Source of the DNA: Oligoflexia bacterium
GTDB taxonomy: Bacteria; Bdellovibrionota; Bdellovibrionia; JABDDW01
Length of the DNA: 64,000 nt
Assembly: GCA_016715815.1 (NCBI GenBank)
Contig: JADJXN010000014.1
Coordinates: 171,767 to 235,766, forward strand
Direction: 5' to 3'
The position numbers were made by a program, and so were the translations under genes. The number at the start of each line of letters is the position of its first letter. Positions within the stretch are counted from its first letter, which is position 1. Positions 30,318 through 40,084 of the stretch are shown here, in pieces. Under the pieces are notes generated by a model that was given only the letters and a program-made list of their open reading frames with translations, had not been told where the DNA came from and did not search any database.

Positions 30318-32381
30318 TTATTTGTATTGGTCAATCTGGCCAGCTCCATTGTAAACAGAAGGTGGCTTAATTGTGGGTGTTACTTGTGGGAAGCCCTCAT
30401 TAAAAAACTTAGAGGTTGGCTTAAAATTAGGCTGAGTTATAAATTCCCCTCTATCAAAAATAAGAACTTGAATGTCCCCATGCTCAGAAATAACTGCAAT
30501 AGAGTGGGACCAATTACTAAACCCACCTTTATTAAACTCTTGTTCTTTTAAAGACAAAGTTCCCACCTGAACATTTCTATTATTTCTCTCATCTCCATGG
30601 AAGTGACCGTGTACTGAGCCCTCTGTACCGCGCACAAAAGAGTTTATTGAACCCCTTGCACCATTTGCACCCTTATCACCATGTTCTGAAATTTCAACGG
30701 GTCTATGTTCTGGACCTACTTTGAATGAACCTTGAGGAAAAACAACCCTTTTATATTTATTTACTTTAGCTCCGCCATTAATTCCATTTAATAAAGCATA
30801 CTCAAATGGGTCTTGTCCTTTGGTGGCAGCTAATGCAAGCTCATTGTAAAGCTGTGCTGTATGGGGATAGCGCATGTAACTACCGCTTTGAAGCCACTTA
30901 ACCAACCAGTCAGGGTGATTTGAGCGCACCATAACAACATCAATATATGGATCAATTTCTAAAATGGCGTTAATGGTGTTAGCCATTTTGCCAATGCTTT
31001 TTGCAATATCAAGTTTTCCTTCGCTTGCAAGTTTTGCAAGTAAAATGCTTTTATCCTTATTATGATGGTTTAAAGGAACGCCATCCCATGCATCATGAAG
31101 CACAATTTTTAAGCGCTTATTGGTATTACCAGTGTACTTTCTGTATTTTTTAATTAAAGGCACTAGTTCTTGAAGAATATATTGTTCTGTTACCCCTTCA
31201 TGCAAATCTCCAAGTACAATTGTATCTGTATGTACTTTTAGGGTATTGGCAGCTGTATGTAAAATACCGTCATCAATAAAACCTTTTAATTCTGGCAAAA
31301 ATTCCAAATGTCTTGGGTGAAAGTTTCCTGCTATATCAAGACCAAAGTTTGATTTTGTATATTGAGTTTTTTCTAAATAAAGAGCGCCAACTACATGGTC
31401 GTTAGCTGCAATGCTATCTGTTCTTTTTGAAACATAAAGCTTTCCGGCATAGTTAGGATCTGTAATTGCCCCTGTTGTGTATAAATAGTGGGGGAATAAT
31501 GTATTATCTTTTGTTGGGACAGACTTTGTTCTTAACTGAGGAGAGGCAATGATTTGGCTGGTTCCGCGTTCCCACAAACGTTCAAGGCCCATAAGAGTAT
31601 TGATTTGTTTTGCCATAATTTTAGTATTATTTATGTTCCAATACTCGTTAAGTCTCACTTCATCTATAGACAAAAACACACGCTTGTTTTCTGAATCTAG
31701 TTTTTCTAAATATGGATCAAGTGCATAGGTTTCAAGGTTAACTACTTGAATAATAATTATAGCATCTTTTCTTTCTGCTAATGCCAAAAGCGCGTCCATC
31801 GCATCTTTATTAACATAGGCACCATTCACTGCTGATGTTACAATAACCCCACCCTTTGCTTGCTTAACGGCTTGCTCAATTCTTTTTCTTTTTTTAGGGC
31901 TTGAAAGCTCAGAATAAACTGCGTTTTTAACTGACTTATGTGTTTTTAAAACTAGCCTGTAAAGCTCGGTTCTGCTTTCAAACATTTTTCCAGGGCCTAT
32001 TAGTTTTTCAAAATCAATTTCAAGACCAGTTAGTTTAAAAATATAATTCATATCCTCAGCAAGGGGGGTTACGCCTTTATCTTTAGAAAATTCTGCATAA
32101 CTATCTACAATATCTTTTTTGGCTGATTCAAAAGCATCTGGATTTTTTTCTCTTACTTTATTTATTATTTCTGCAGAAGATGTTTGGGAAATATTTTCTA
32201 TACCAACTTCACTTGGCTCTTCAATGCCAAATAATTTTAAAAGATCTGATCTTGAATGGTTAATCTCAATATTTTCAACATGCACATCAGTAATTTGAGC
32301 AAGCCTTTTTGCACACTGGGGGAGCGCAAAACTTTTATGAGTGGCAATTAAAATTAAAGCTACTATTGCTAAATATTTCAA
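30318..32381 (-). CDS. secreted large protein with C-terminal metallophosphoesterase-like motifs
   Basis: Signal peptide; ordered motifs LGDLHEG, HDAWDG, RSNHPDW, HGHFHG resembling calcineurin-like phosphoesterases. Confidence 0.5.
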   Translation of the reverse strand: MKYLAIVALILIATHKSFALPQCAKRLAQITDVHVENIEINHSRSDLLKLFGIEEPSEVGIENISQTSSAEIINKVREKNPDAFESAKKDIVDSYAEFSKDKGVTPLAEDMNYIFKLTGLEIDFEKLIGPGKMFESRTELYRLVLKTHKSVKNAVYSELSSPKKRKRIEQAVKQAKGGVIVTSAVNGAYVNKDAMDALLALAERKDAIIIIQVVNLETYALDPYLEKLDSENKRVFLSIDEVRLNEYWNINNTKIMAKQINTLMGLERLWERGTSQIIASPQLRTKSVPTKDNTLFPHYLYTTGAITDPNYAGKLYVSKRTDSIAANDHVVGALYLEKTQYTKSNFGLDIAGNFHPRHLEFLPELKGFIDDGILHTAANTLKVHTDTIVLGDLHEGVTEQYILQELVPLIKKYRKYTGNTNKRLKIVLHDAWDGVPLNHHNKDKSILLAKLASEGKLDIAKSIGKMANTINAILEIDPYIDVVMVRSNHPDWLVKWLQSGSYMRYPHTAQLYNELALAATKGQDPFEYALLNGINGGAKVNKYKRVVFPQGSFKVGPEHRPVEISEHGDKGANGARGSINSFVRGTEGSVHGHFHGDERNNRNVQVGTLSLKEQEFNKGGFSNWSHSIAVISEHGDIQVLIFDRGEFITQPNFKPTSKFFNEGFPQVTPTIKPPSVYNGAGQIDQYK

Positions 32382-33451
32382 TTTCCACCTCCGGTTGCTT
32401 TAAGTAAGGCTAATGCACATTTTTCAGCTTTTGTTTTTGCTTTTTTAGAATGACCTAATACTTCTGCCTGTGTTGCGCGTCTAAATGTTCCATTAGAAGT
32501 AACAACTGCAAAGCGTGGGCGCCCAGAAGCATCAACATCTTTTTGATAGCCTGTATTAATTAGTGCAAATTTAATTCTATATTGTTTCCCTTGAGCATAT
32601 TTTTGAAATACTTTTGCAACCCTATCTAAGGTTTCTTGGTTATCTTCAGCAAAAACTAAAAAGTGGTAGGGTTCTTGTTTTGTGCCATCTGGGTTTAAAA
32701 CAACATCTTTTTCAGTTAGTGCTACTCTTCCTAAGCGGTCAATAAATTCTTCAAGTACGGCTGATTTTGCTAAATGTCTTTGTTCAACGCTGTAGTGCAA
32801 AGTAAATCTGTCAAATTCTGGCTTTGGTAAACCCATTATCCAATCAAGGTTGGGCATATTTTTAATATGGCCATCATTGATGAGTTGCTTAAAAAAGTTT
32901 CTCCATTCATTTTTAGTTTGTCCACGCATGGTGATGAAGCCCACATTTTTTGCATTTTCAGCATCACTTAAAACATGCTCGAAAAGTCCCCAAGCCTTGC
33001 CTTTCCAGTTTCCGCCTCTGGTTTTGCGAGCCTTAGCGTATTCCTCTAAAAGATAGTTCTCACCTTTTTCGCCTGGGAAATAAAATTTAAAAGAATCTTC
33101 TGTGCGTACATAGTAGTGGGCCGGTTCTATAACACGGCCGTCTTGCAGGGTTATTTTTTTACCAACAATGCCTTGTTCATCATAATTTTTTGCTAAATAG
33201 GGTTTAAGGCGCTCATCATAATCAGCCCAGCTCACTTGCACTTTATCTGGTATGGCTAGTTTTTCTTGAAACAAACTGCTTCTTCTAACAACGCGGTAAA
33301 GCTCAACTGTCCCTTGAAATGAGCCTTTAAACTCTTCTCTGTTTTCAACAATGGTATTATCAAAATCAAAGAAGTAAACTTTTGAAGCAAAGCTTACATC
33401 GCATATTAATGCGCTGAGCAATATGAATAGAACCTTCGTTTTTACTATCAT
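32378..33451 (-). CDS. secreted HAD-like hydrolase (putative phosphatase)
   Basis: Signal peptide followed by HAD motif I-like FFDFDNTIVEN; start overlaps upstream stop (ATGA). Confidence 0.5.
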   Translation of the reverse strand: MIVKTKVLFILLSALICDVSFASKVYFFDFDNTIVENREEFKGSFQGTVELYRVVRRSSLFQEKLAIPDKVQVSWADYDERLKPYLAKNYDEQGIVGKKITLQDGRVIEPAHYYVRTEDSFKFYFPGEKGENYLLEEYAKARKTRGGNWKGKAWGLFEHVLSDAENAKNVGFITMRGQTKNEWRNFFKQLINDGHIKNMPNLDWIMGLPKPEFDRFTLHYSVEQRHLAKSAVLEEFIDRLGRVALTEKDVVLNPDGTKQEPYHFLVFAEDNQETLDRVAKVFQKYAQGKQYRIKFALINTGYQKDVDASGRPRFAVVTSNGTFRRATQAEVLGHSKKAKTKAEKCALALLKATGGGN

Positions 33452-33749
33452 CCCATCCCTCTAAACTTTAGTTTTCAGGCCAAAAAGTTAAAAACTTTAT
33501 GACTTTTGTTGAGTTTTAAAGTTAGCAAGGCAAGACCAGTACAAGCTCTATGCCAAATGAGGTGGGCTTTATCTTGAGTTGAGGGCAAAAGATTATCTGA
33601 ATAGTAAAAATTTCAAGAATTTTTACAAATCCTGAAAATGCTAATTTCTCAAATAATTAAAGGTAAATAATGCTTGGCACAATTATTCTGAGCTCTTGAC
33701 TAGTTAAACCATAAAACGTTAACTTATTGTTAAGGAGAGGTCGACTAAC

Positions 33750-34037
33750 ATGAGGGTCTTTGACGTAACAATTGCGGGTATTCCGCTCAAACTAAAGTCT
33801 GAAAAAGATCCAGAATTGGTTAAAAAGCTTATAGCTTATGTCGATAAAAAAGTATTAGAAGCACTGCCAGCCACAAAAAGTGGGTCGCTACAAAATGCAG
33901 CGTTACTTGCAACATTGAACATGGCAGAGGAACTTTTCGAGCTAAAAGGAAAAGCTCTGACACAGCTTGAAAAGTTTGAAAAAAAGACCATTCGTCTTAT
34001 AGACGAGCTAGAGTCTTCAAGAGCGGGTAAAGCTTAA
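33750..34037 (+). CDS. zapA: cell division protein ZapA
   Basis: Small coiled-coil protein; N-terminus VTIAGIPLKLKSEKDPE typical of ZapA. Confidence 0.7.
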   Translation: MRVFDVTIAGIPLKLKSEKDPELVKKLIAYVDKKVLEALPATKSGSLQNAALLATLNMAEELFELKGKALTQLEKFEKKTIRLIDELESSRAGKA

Positions 34038-34039
34038 TA

Positions 34040-34207
34040 AAAAGCGCCGCCGTTTAAATTTGGTATTGAGATTAAATGATTTTGGTAAACATAAAGACTT
34101 CATTTTCTCGTTTTTAGGCATCGCCTAAAAATCTTTTATTTCCTACCAAGTTTTATTTTTGTCGGAGCCTAAATTTTATGCTTTCAAAAAATGTATGGCG
34201 CTCCAAG
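34040..34207 (+). ncRNA. candidate 6S RNA (ssrS) position between zapA and 5-FCL gene; speculative
   Basis: Conserved zapA-ssrS-ygfA synteny; 5' agcgcc can pair with 3' ggcgct; internal hairpin tttaggc/gcctaaa; no covariance model run. Confidence 0.2.
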
Positions 34208-34759
34208 ATGCTTGAGACGCGCTCACAATTAGGGCCTGACAAGGCAGCCGAATTTAACCGGCAAATATGCAAAAACCTTCTTTTTGTTTTTGCAGAAGCA
34301 GGTGTGTCTAAAACCCGCCAAACCTGGGCAAGTTATAAAAGCTTTAAATGGGAAGCAGATCCAAACCTTGCAGTTTTAGAAACCTTTGAAATTATAGATT
34401 GGGCTTTTCCACGCTTAAATGAATGCGACTTATTAGATTTTTATATACCTCAAAAATCTGATGCGTTGTGGGTGAAAAACAAATGGGGAATATGGGAGCC
34501 AGACCCCCGAACTTCAAAAAAAATTGAAATAAAAAATTTTAACGGAATTTTAGTGCCAGGCCTTGCTTTTGACAAACAAGGCAGAAGGCTTGGTTACGGT
34601 AAAGGTTACTACGACAAAGCCTTAAGCGGCTTTAAGGGGCTTAAGGTGGGGATTAGCTATTCCCTGCAAGTAGCAGGAGAAAGTCTCCCCAATGAAACAA
34701 ATGATGTTTTGATGGACTTAGTTGTTACAGAAAGTGAAACCATCAAAACCAAACATTAA
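34178..34759 (+). CDS. 5-formyltetrahydrofolate cyclo-ligase (start may be the internal Met near 34208)
   Basis: Signature GYGKGYYD and PGLAFD. Confidence 0.85.
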   Translation: MLSKNVWRSKMLETRSQLGPDKAAEFNRQICKNLLFVFAEAGVSKTRQTWASYKSFKWEADPNLAVLETFEIIDWAFPRLNECDLLDFYIPQKSDALWVKNKWGIWEPDPRTSKKIEIKNFNGILVPGLAFDKQGRRLGYGKGYYDKALSGFKGLKVGISYSLQVAGESLPNETNDVLMDLVVTESETIKTKH

Positions 34760-34774
34760 ATGTGAGGAGAGTGA

Positions 34775-36292
34775 ATGGATATTTTAAGTTTAATACTACT
34801 AGCTGCAGGAGTTCTTGCAGGATGCGGTGTTGGTTTTGGAATTAAAAAATACCTAGACGCCAAAAAACTAAAAGCAGCTGATGAAGTTGCAAGGCAAACC
34901 ATTGCAAAAGCAAAAGAGCAAGCCAATGTAATAGACATGCAAGCAAAAAGGCGAGCCCAGCAAATTGAACAAAATGCTCAAAGCCAAATGGATAGAGAAA
35001 ACAGACGAAGAGAAAATGAGGCCCGCGAGCTAGAGCGAAGATTAAAAGACAAGGAAAGTCAGTTTGAACAAAAAATTCAAAACCTAGATCATAAAGAAAA
35101 GCGTGTGAAAGAGCATGAGGAAAAGCTTCACTTAACAGAAAAGCAGCTTCAGGAAAAATTAGAGCACATTTCTTCTCTCACCCGTGAAGAAGCTAAAAAA
35201 ACATTGATTGATTCTTTGGAGGGTGAGGCAAAACTTGATGCTGCTAAAAACATAAAAATCATTGAAGAAGAAGCAAAACAAGAGGCGGAAAAAAGATCTA
35301 AAAAAATTATTGCTCTTGCCATTGCTCGTTATGCTGGAGAGTACAGCTCTGAGAGAACAGTTTCAGTGATTCAACTTCCTAATGAAGAAATGAAGGGGCG
35401 CCTCATAGGACGTGAGGGAAGAAACATTAGAGCTCTTGAAGCAGTGACTGGTATGGATTTAATTATTGATGATACCCCTGAAGCCGTTATTATTTCAGGT
35501 TTTGACCCTGTAAGGCGTGAGATTGCAAAAATGACCATTGAAGGTCTTATGCAAGACGGGCGTGTGCACCCATCAAGAATTGAAGAGCTGGCTGAAAAAT
35601 CAAAACAAATGCTTTTTAAAACAATTAAAGATGATGGTGAAAAGGCAATGTTTGATTTAGGAGTGCATGGAGTTCATCCGGAACTTGTGAGACTTATTGG
35701 CTCTTTAAAATATAGAACAAGTTATACACAAAGTAACTACGCTCACTCAATAGAAGTTGGCTTTTTGGCTGGCATGATGGCTGCTGAATTAGGTCAAAAC
35801 GTAAAAGCAGCACGTCGAGCCGGAGTTTTACATGATTTAGGTAAAGCCCTTGATCATAACATTGAGGGAAGCCATGCCGTTATTGGGGCCGAGTATGCTA
35901 AAAAGTACGGAGAGCCTGCAGATATTGTTCATGCCATTCGAGCGCACCATGAGGATGAAAAACCAAATTCAATATTAGCTCATTTAGTGCAAGCCTCAGA
36001 TGCACTCTCAGGTGCAAGACCGGGTGCAAGGCGAGAAGTAATGCAAACCTATGTGAACCGCCTTGAGGATTTAGAAACCATTGGAAATAGTTTTGATGGT
36101 GTTATTAGAACTTTTGCTATTCAAGCAGGCCGTGAAATTAGAGTTGTGGTTGATAGCGAAAAGGTTACTGATGAGCAAAGCATAATGCTTAGCCGTGATA
36201 TTGCTCGTAAAATTGAAAAAGAAATGACTTACCCTGGGCAAATTAAAGTTACTGTTTTAAGAGAAACCCGTGCTGTGGAGCACGCTCGCTGA
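34775..36292 (+). CDS. rny: ribonuclease Y
   Basis: N-terminal TM anchor, coiled coil, KH domain ([15 protein letters not shown]), HD domain (HSIEV...GVLHDLGK). Confidence 0.9.
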   Translation: MDILSLILLAAGVLAGCGVGFGIKKYLDAKKLKAADEVARQTIAKAKEQANVIDMQAKRRAQQIEQNAQSQMDRENRRRENEARELERRLKDKESQFEQKIQNLDHKEKRVKEHEEKLHLTEKQLQEKLEHISSLTREEAKKTLIDSLEGEAKLDAAKNIKIIEEEAKQEAEKRSKKIIALAIARYAGEYSSERTVSVIQLPNEEMKGRLIGREGRNIRALEAVTGMDLIIDDTPEAVIISGFDPVRREIAKMTIEGLMQDGRVHPSRIEELAEKSKQMLFKTIKDDGEKAMFDLGVHGVHPELVRLIGSLKYRTSYTQSNYAHSIEVGFLAGMMAAELGQNVKAARRAGVLHDLGKALDHNIEGSHAVIGAEYAKKYGEPADIVHAIRAHHEDEKPNSILAHLVQASDALSGARPGARREVMQTYVNRLEDLETIGNSFDGVIRTFAIQAGREIRVVVDSEKVTDEQSIMLSRDIARKIEKEMTYPGQIKVTVLRETRAVEHAR

Positions 36293-36355
36293 GGTACGCC
36301 GTTCCTTTTTGCATATGCAAAAAGGAACGGACTACCCAAAAAGGAACGGCGTACC
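36293..36355 (+). promoter_or_regulatory. structured repeat element between rny and tyrS: anti-SD-like arm plus two copies of an SD-like repeat (alternative hairpins)
   Basis: ggtacgccgttccttttt ... gcaaaaaggaacgg ... aaaaaggaacggcgtacc; perfect 32-nt palindrome 36299-36330 and 18-bp long-range complement 36293-36310/36338-36355. Confidence 0.45.
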
Positions 36356-36356
36356 T

Positions 36357-37562
36357 ATGATGGCAGCTGAAGAACAATTAAGGCAGTTAAAAAAAGGAAT
36401 CGTTGATCTGGTTTCTGAAAAAGAGCTTTTAGAAAAGCTTACAAAATCAGTTAAAACGGGTAGGCCTTTAAGAATTAAAGCGGGTTTTGACCCTTCAGCC
36501 CCAGATTTGCACTTAGGCCATGCTGTTTTAATAAATAAAATGCGCCAGTTTCAACTCTTAGGCCATGAAGTTATTTTCTTAATTGGGGATATTACCGGTA
36601 TGGTAGGGGATCCTTCAGGAAAAAATGAAACCAGAAAGCCATTAACCAAAGAAGAAGTAAAAGAAAATGGTAAAACCTATGCCCGACAAATTTTTAAATT
36701 ACTAGACCCTAAAAAAACTATTGTTGAGTATAATTCCACATGGTTTGAAAAATTTAACGTTTTTGATTTATTTAAACTTGCCGGCCAATACACTGTGGCA
36801 CGTATGCTTGAGCGAGATGATTTTAGTAAACGCTATAAAAGTAATAACCCTATAAGTATTCATGAGTTTTTATACCCGCTACTTCAAGGTTATGACAGTG
36901 TTGCTTTAAAGTCTGATGTGGAACTTGGCGGAAATGACCAGCGCTTTAATTTGCTTGTTGGAAGAGATATGCAAAAATCTTACGGCCAAGAGCCGCAAGT
37001 GATTATGACAGTGCCATTATTAGAAGGTCTTGATGGCGTTAATAAAATGTCTAAGAGTTTAAATAACTACATTGGCATTGAAGAGCCAGCGCGTGAAATT
37101 TTTGGTAAAACCATGCGTTTAAGCGATGAGCTTATGATGAAGTATTATGAGCTTTTAACAGATTTTACCCCTGATGAGTTAACTGATTTAAAAAATAAAA
37201 TGTCAAATGGTGCTCTTAACCCCCGAGATGTAAAAGTAAGTTTGGCTAAAATTTTTGTTGAAAGATTTCATAGTAAAGCTGCTGCTGAAGATGCTGCGAA
37301 AGAATTTTTTGAAGTGTTTTCAAATAAAGGTATGCCCTCTGAAATTCCTGAATGGAAAACCTCAGCCATTGATAATTTATGGATATGTAAACTGATGGTT
37401 GAAGCAGGGCTTGCGCCTTCAACAAGTGAGGCGCGCCGCCTGATTGATGGTGGAGCAGTGGAAAAAGATGGGGAAAAGATTAAGGACAATAAGTTTTCTT
37501 TAAATTTAAAATCAGGTGAAAATTTTGTTTTAAAAGCCGGTAAAAGAAATTTGCAAAAATAA
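36357..37562 (+). CDS. tyrS: tyrosyl-tRNA synthetase (start placed at MMAAEEQ; ORF track extends to 36270)
   Basis: Class I HIGH variant [14 protein letters not shown] motif, C-terminal S4-like domain. Confidence 0.9.
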   Translation: MMAAEEQLRQLKKGIVDLVSEKELLEKLTKSVKTGRPLRIKAGFDPSAPDLHLGHAVLINKMRQFQLLGHEVIFLIGDITGMVGDPSGKNETRKPLTKEEVKENGKTYARQIFKLLDPKKTIVEYNSTWFEKFNVFDLFKLAGQYTVARMLERDDFSKRYKSNNPISIHEFLYPLLQGYDSVALKSDVELGGNDQRFNLLVGRDMQKSYGQEPQVIMTVPLLEGLDGVNKMSKSLNNYIGIEEPAREIFGKTMRLSDELMMKYYELLTDFTPDELTDLKNKMSNGALNPRDVKVSLAKIFVERFHSKAAAEDAAKEFFEVFSNKGMPSEIPEWKTSAIDNLWICKLMVEAGLAPSTSEARRLIDGGAVEKDGEKIKDNKFSLNLKSGENFVLKAGKRNLQK

Positions 37563-37582
37563 TTGTAATTTAAAGGTGATAC

Positions 37583-37960
37583 GTGAAAGTTAAATTTATA
37601 CCTCAAAACATTGAATGTGAAATCGCACCTGGTGAGAGTGTTCTTGATGTTGCAAGAAAAAATAATGTCTTTATAAAATCAGTTTGTGGTGGGGTGCCAA
37701 GCTGTTCTGAGTGTAGGGTTAAAGTTGTAGGTGGTGGGCATAATATTTTACCCCCTAATTTTAAAGAAAAATCCCTTATTGGCTCCGCCTATTTTATTGA
37801 TCAGTCTCGCCTTAGTTGCCAAATAAAATGCATGGGAGATGTGACTGTGGATTTGACAGAGCAAATTGAAAAAGAAAAACTTTTAGGCGAGAGCGGCAAA
37901 AAGCTAGCTTTTAGATCCACTGTAAATCCTGACCCGGATTTAGATTTTAAAAAGAAATAA
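37583..37960 (+). CDS. 2Fe-2S ferredoxin-like protein (GTG start)
   Basis: Cys pattern CGGVPSCSEC ... RLSCQ. Confidence 0.7.
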   Translation: MKVKFIPQNIECEIAPGESVLDVARKNNVFIKSVCGGVPSCSECRVKVVGGGHNILPPNFKEKSLIGSAYFIDQSRLSCQIKCMGDVTVDLTEQIEKEKLLGESGKKLAFRSTVNPDPDLDFKKK

Positions 37961-37961
37961 T

Positions 37962-38624
37962 TTAGTAAGGATCAATTTTAAATATTTTATTCTCTGTTGG
38001 GGAATAAATTGCATTGAGTATTGAAAGGGTGGGATCAGCCTGTGCTGCTTGAACTAAAAGCTCTCCAATAGATTTTAATTTTTCTTTTGAAAAACCAAGT
38101 TCTTGTTCGAAAACAAAAACATCGCGTAGGGGAATTCCCTCTTTATATTCTAAAAGTAAAACACCTTTTGAGGTATCTATATCAAAAACCTGTGGCAGAT
38201 CTGGATCTGCATTATGCATTCTAAGATTTGTTTGAAAATTTATTTCGCCTTTAATTATTTTTGCTACTCTTAAATTGTTTTTTTGATCAGCTGAGTTTAC
38301 TAAATAAACACTTCCAATTTTACCTTGCCCGAGTATTTCAAGAACTTTTAGAGTTGTATTATTAAACTCAATCTCTGTCCCTATAGGGAGCAACCCCTTT
38401 TTTAATTTTGCCTCTCTTGAGAGTTCAAACCATTTTTTAACCTGTCTATCTACAGTGGTAAGTGGGTCAGCATCAGGGGCAAGCTTTGAAACTGATTTTA
38501 CACAAAATGGAATCCTTGGTTTTTTAGGGGGTTGTTGGGCAAAGCCCAAATTGGGCATAGCAATGCCTAAAAAGCATACAAGTAGTTGAAATATAAAGGT
38601 TTTAAGGGCTTTTAAAGCGATCAT
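37962..38624 (-). CDS. secreted protein resembling a protein-kinase N-lobe only (kinase-like fragment)
   Basis: Signal peptide; Gly-rich loop-like LGQGKIGSVYLV and VAKIIK; no catalytic loop or DFG before the stop. Confidence 0.45.
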   Translation of the reverse strand: MIALKALKTFIFQLLVCFLGIAMPNLGFAQQPPKKPRIPFCVKSVSKLAPDADPLTTVDRQVKKWFELSREAKLKKGLLPIGTEIEFNNTTLKVLEILGQGKIGSVYLVNSADQKNNLRVAKIIKGEINFQTNLRMHNADPDLPQVFDIDTSKGVLLLEYKEGIPLRDVFVFEQELGFSKEKLKSIGELLVQAAQADPTLSILNAIYSPTENKIFKIDPY

Positions 38625-38654
38625 GCCTTATGTAAGGTTCAATTTTTATTCCAT

Positions 38655-39650
38655 TTATACACGCATTAAGCTTGCGCCCCAGGTGAAGCCTGAACCAAAA
38701 GCGACCATGGCCACAAGTTGGCCTGGTTTTAAAAGGCCGGCGCGTTTGGCTTCATCCATCCCAATGGGAAGAGTGCCTGCGGTAGTGTTGCCATATTTTT
38801 GAATAGTATTAAGTGTTTTATCTTGGGGGATGCCAAGTTGTTCAAGAACCATTTGGTTAATTCTCATGTTTGCTTGGTGGGCTAATACAAAATCAATGTC
38901 TTTAGGTTTAACATCAATACTATGGCAGGCTTCAACTAAAACCTCACACATGCGAGTGACTGCATGTTTAAAAACAAAGCGTCCGTCCATGACAGGGAAA
39001 AAAGATTTATCTGTTACTGTTTCGTCTTTATCTAATCTATTAGGGTAGTCATTGCTTGAGGGGCGTTGAACCATTAATTTTTCTGCATATTCACCTTCAG
39101 AATGAAGCTTATGAACTAAAAGCCCTTCACCTGGTTTTGAAGGCTCAACTACTACAGCTCCAGCACCATCACCAAATAAAACTGAAACGTCTCGCCCTTC
39201 TGGAGATTTATCAAGGCCTGTGGAGTGAATTTCACTTCCAACAACTAACACGCATTTATACATGCCAGATTTCACCCACGCATCAGCAATACTTAAGGCA
39301 TATAAAAAACCACTACAAGCATTACGTACATCAAGGGCGGGAATTGTTCTCTCGGGGCAGAGCATTTTTTGAAGTAACACGCCACTTCCGGGAAAATAAT
39401 AATCTGGTGTGATAGTGGCAAAAACAATCGCATCAACATCACTAGCTTTTTTGCCAGCATCTTTTAAGGCTTCAAGGGCGGCTTTGTGGGCCATGCCACT
39501 AGTGGTTTCCCCCTCTGTGATCCAGTAGCGTTGTATAATACCGGAGCGTTGCTGGATCCATTCATCAGAAGTATTTAATTTTGTCTCAAGGTCTTTATTG
39601 GTAACTAGCTTTGAGGGAATATATTTTCCAACACCGGTTATTTTTGACAT
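38655..39650 (-). CDS. fabH: 3-oxoacyl-ACP synthase III
   Basis: Active-site Cys region NACSGFLYAL, C-terminal AFGSGFTWGA. Confidence 0.9.
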   Translation of the reverse strand: MSKITGVGKYIPSKLVTNKDLETKLNTSDEWIQQRSGIIQRYWITEGETTSGMAHKAALEALKDAGKKASDVDAIVFATITPDYYFPGSGVLLQKMLCPERTIPALDVRNACSGFLYALSIADAWVKSGMYKCVLVVGSEIHSTGLDKSPEGRDVSVLFGDGAGAVVVEPSKPGEGLLVHKLHSEGEYAEKLMVQRPSSNDYPNRLDKDETVTDKSFFPVMDGRFVFKHAVTRMCEVLVEACHSIDVKPKDIDFVLAHQANMRINQMVLEQLGIPQDKTLNTIQKYGNTTAGTLPIGMDEAKRAGLLKPGQLVAMVAFGSGFTWGASLMRV

Positions 39651-39662
39651 CCATATCCTCTT

Positions 39663-39989
39663 TTAGGCTGAAAATGAGCTTCCGCAGCCACAACTTTTTT
39701 TAGCATTCGGATTAATAAAGTTAAAACCTGTGCCTTGTAGGCCATCAGAAAAATCAATGGTTGTGTTCATTACATAGAGATAACTTTTAGGGTCCACAAC
39801 AAGTTTTACGCCAAAGTGTTCAAATATCTTATCGTTGTCGTTCTTAGCGTTATCAAAATCAAGCTTATAAGACATTCCAGAACAGCCACCACCCACAACT
39901 TGAACGCGAAGAAAGCTCTCTTCTTTCTCATTTTTACTTGAAATGAGTCTTTTTACTTCAGCAGCAGCTTTTTCAGTTAAGTGAATCAT
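39663..39989 (-). CDS. IscA/HesB-family iron-sulfur cluster insertion protein
   Basis: Conserved Cys in GGGCSGMSY and C-terminal CGCGSSF. Confidence 0.85.
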   Translation of the reverse strand: MIHLTEKAAAEVKRLISSKNEKEESFLRVQVVGGGCSGMSYKLDFDNAKNDNDKIFEHFGVKLVVDPKSYLYVMNTTIDFSDGLQGTGFNFINPNAKKSCGCGSSFSA

Positions 39990-40084
39990 GGGTTTCTTAT
40001 AGCTAAATTGACATGATTTGTCTAGGTAAAGAGAGATTACACTTGCCCCGTGGGCTTTGTTTTAATAGGCTTACGCTTACTTAT

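Noticed and set aside
36293-36355. T-box riboswitch upstream of tyrS
   Set aside because: Element is only ~63 nt and lacks a specifier-loop architecture and the conserved T-box sequence; reported instead as a short alternative-hairpin element.
38830-39412. Plus-strand ORFs 38830..39048 and 39056..39412 inside fabH; minus-strand 42195..42554, 44331..44540, 45176..45385, 45683..45946 inside sugar-pathway genes and queF
   Set aside because: Embedded antisense or alternative-frame ORFs within genes that have clear catalytic motifs; rejected as non-coding.
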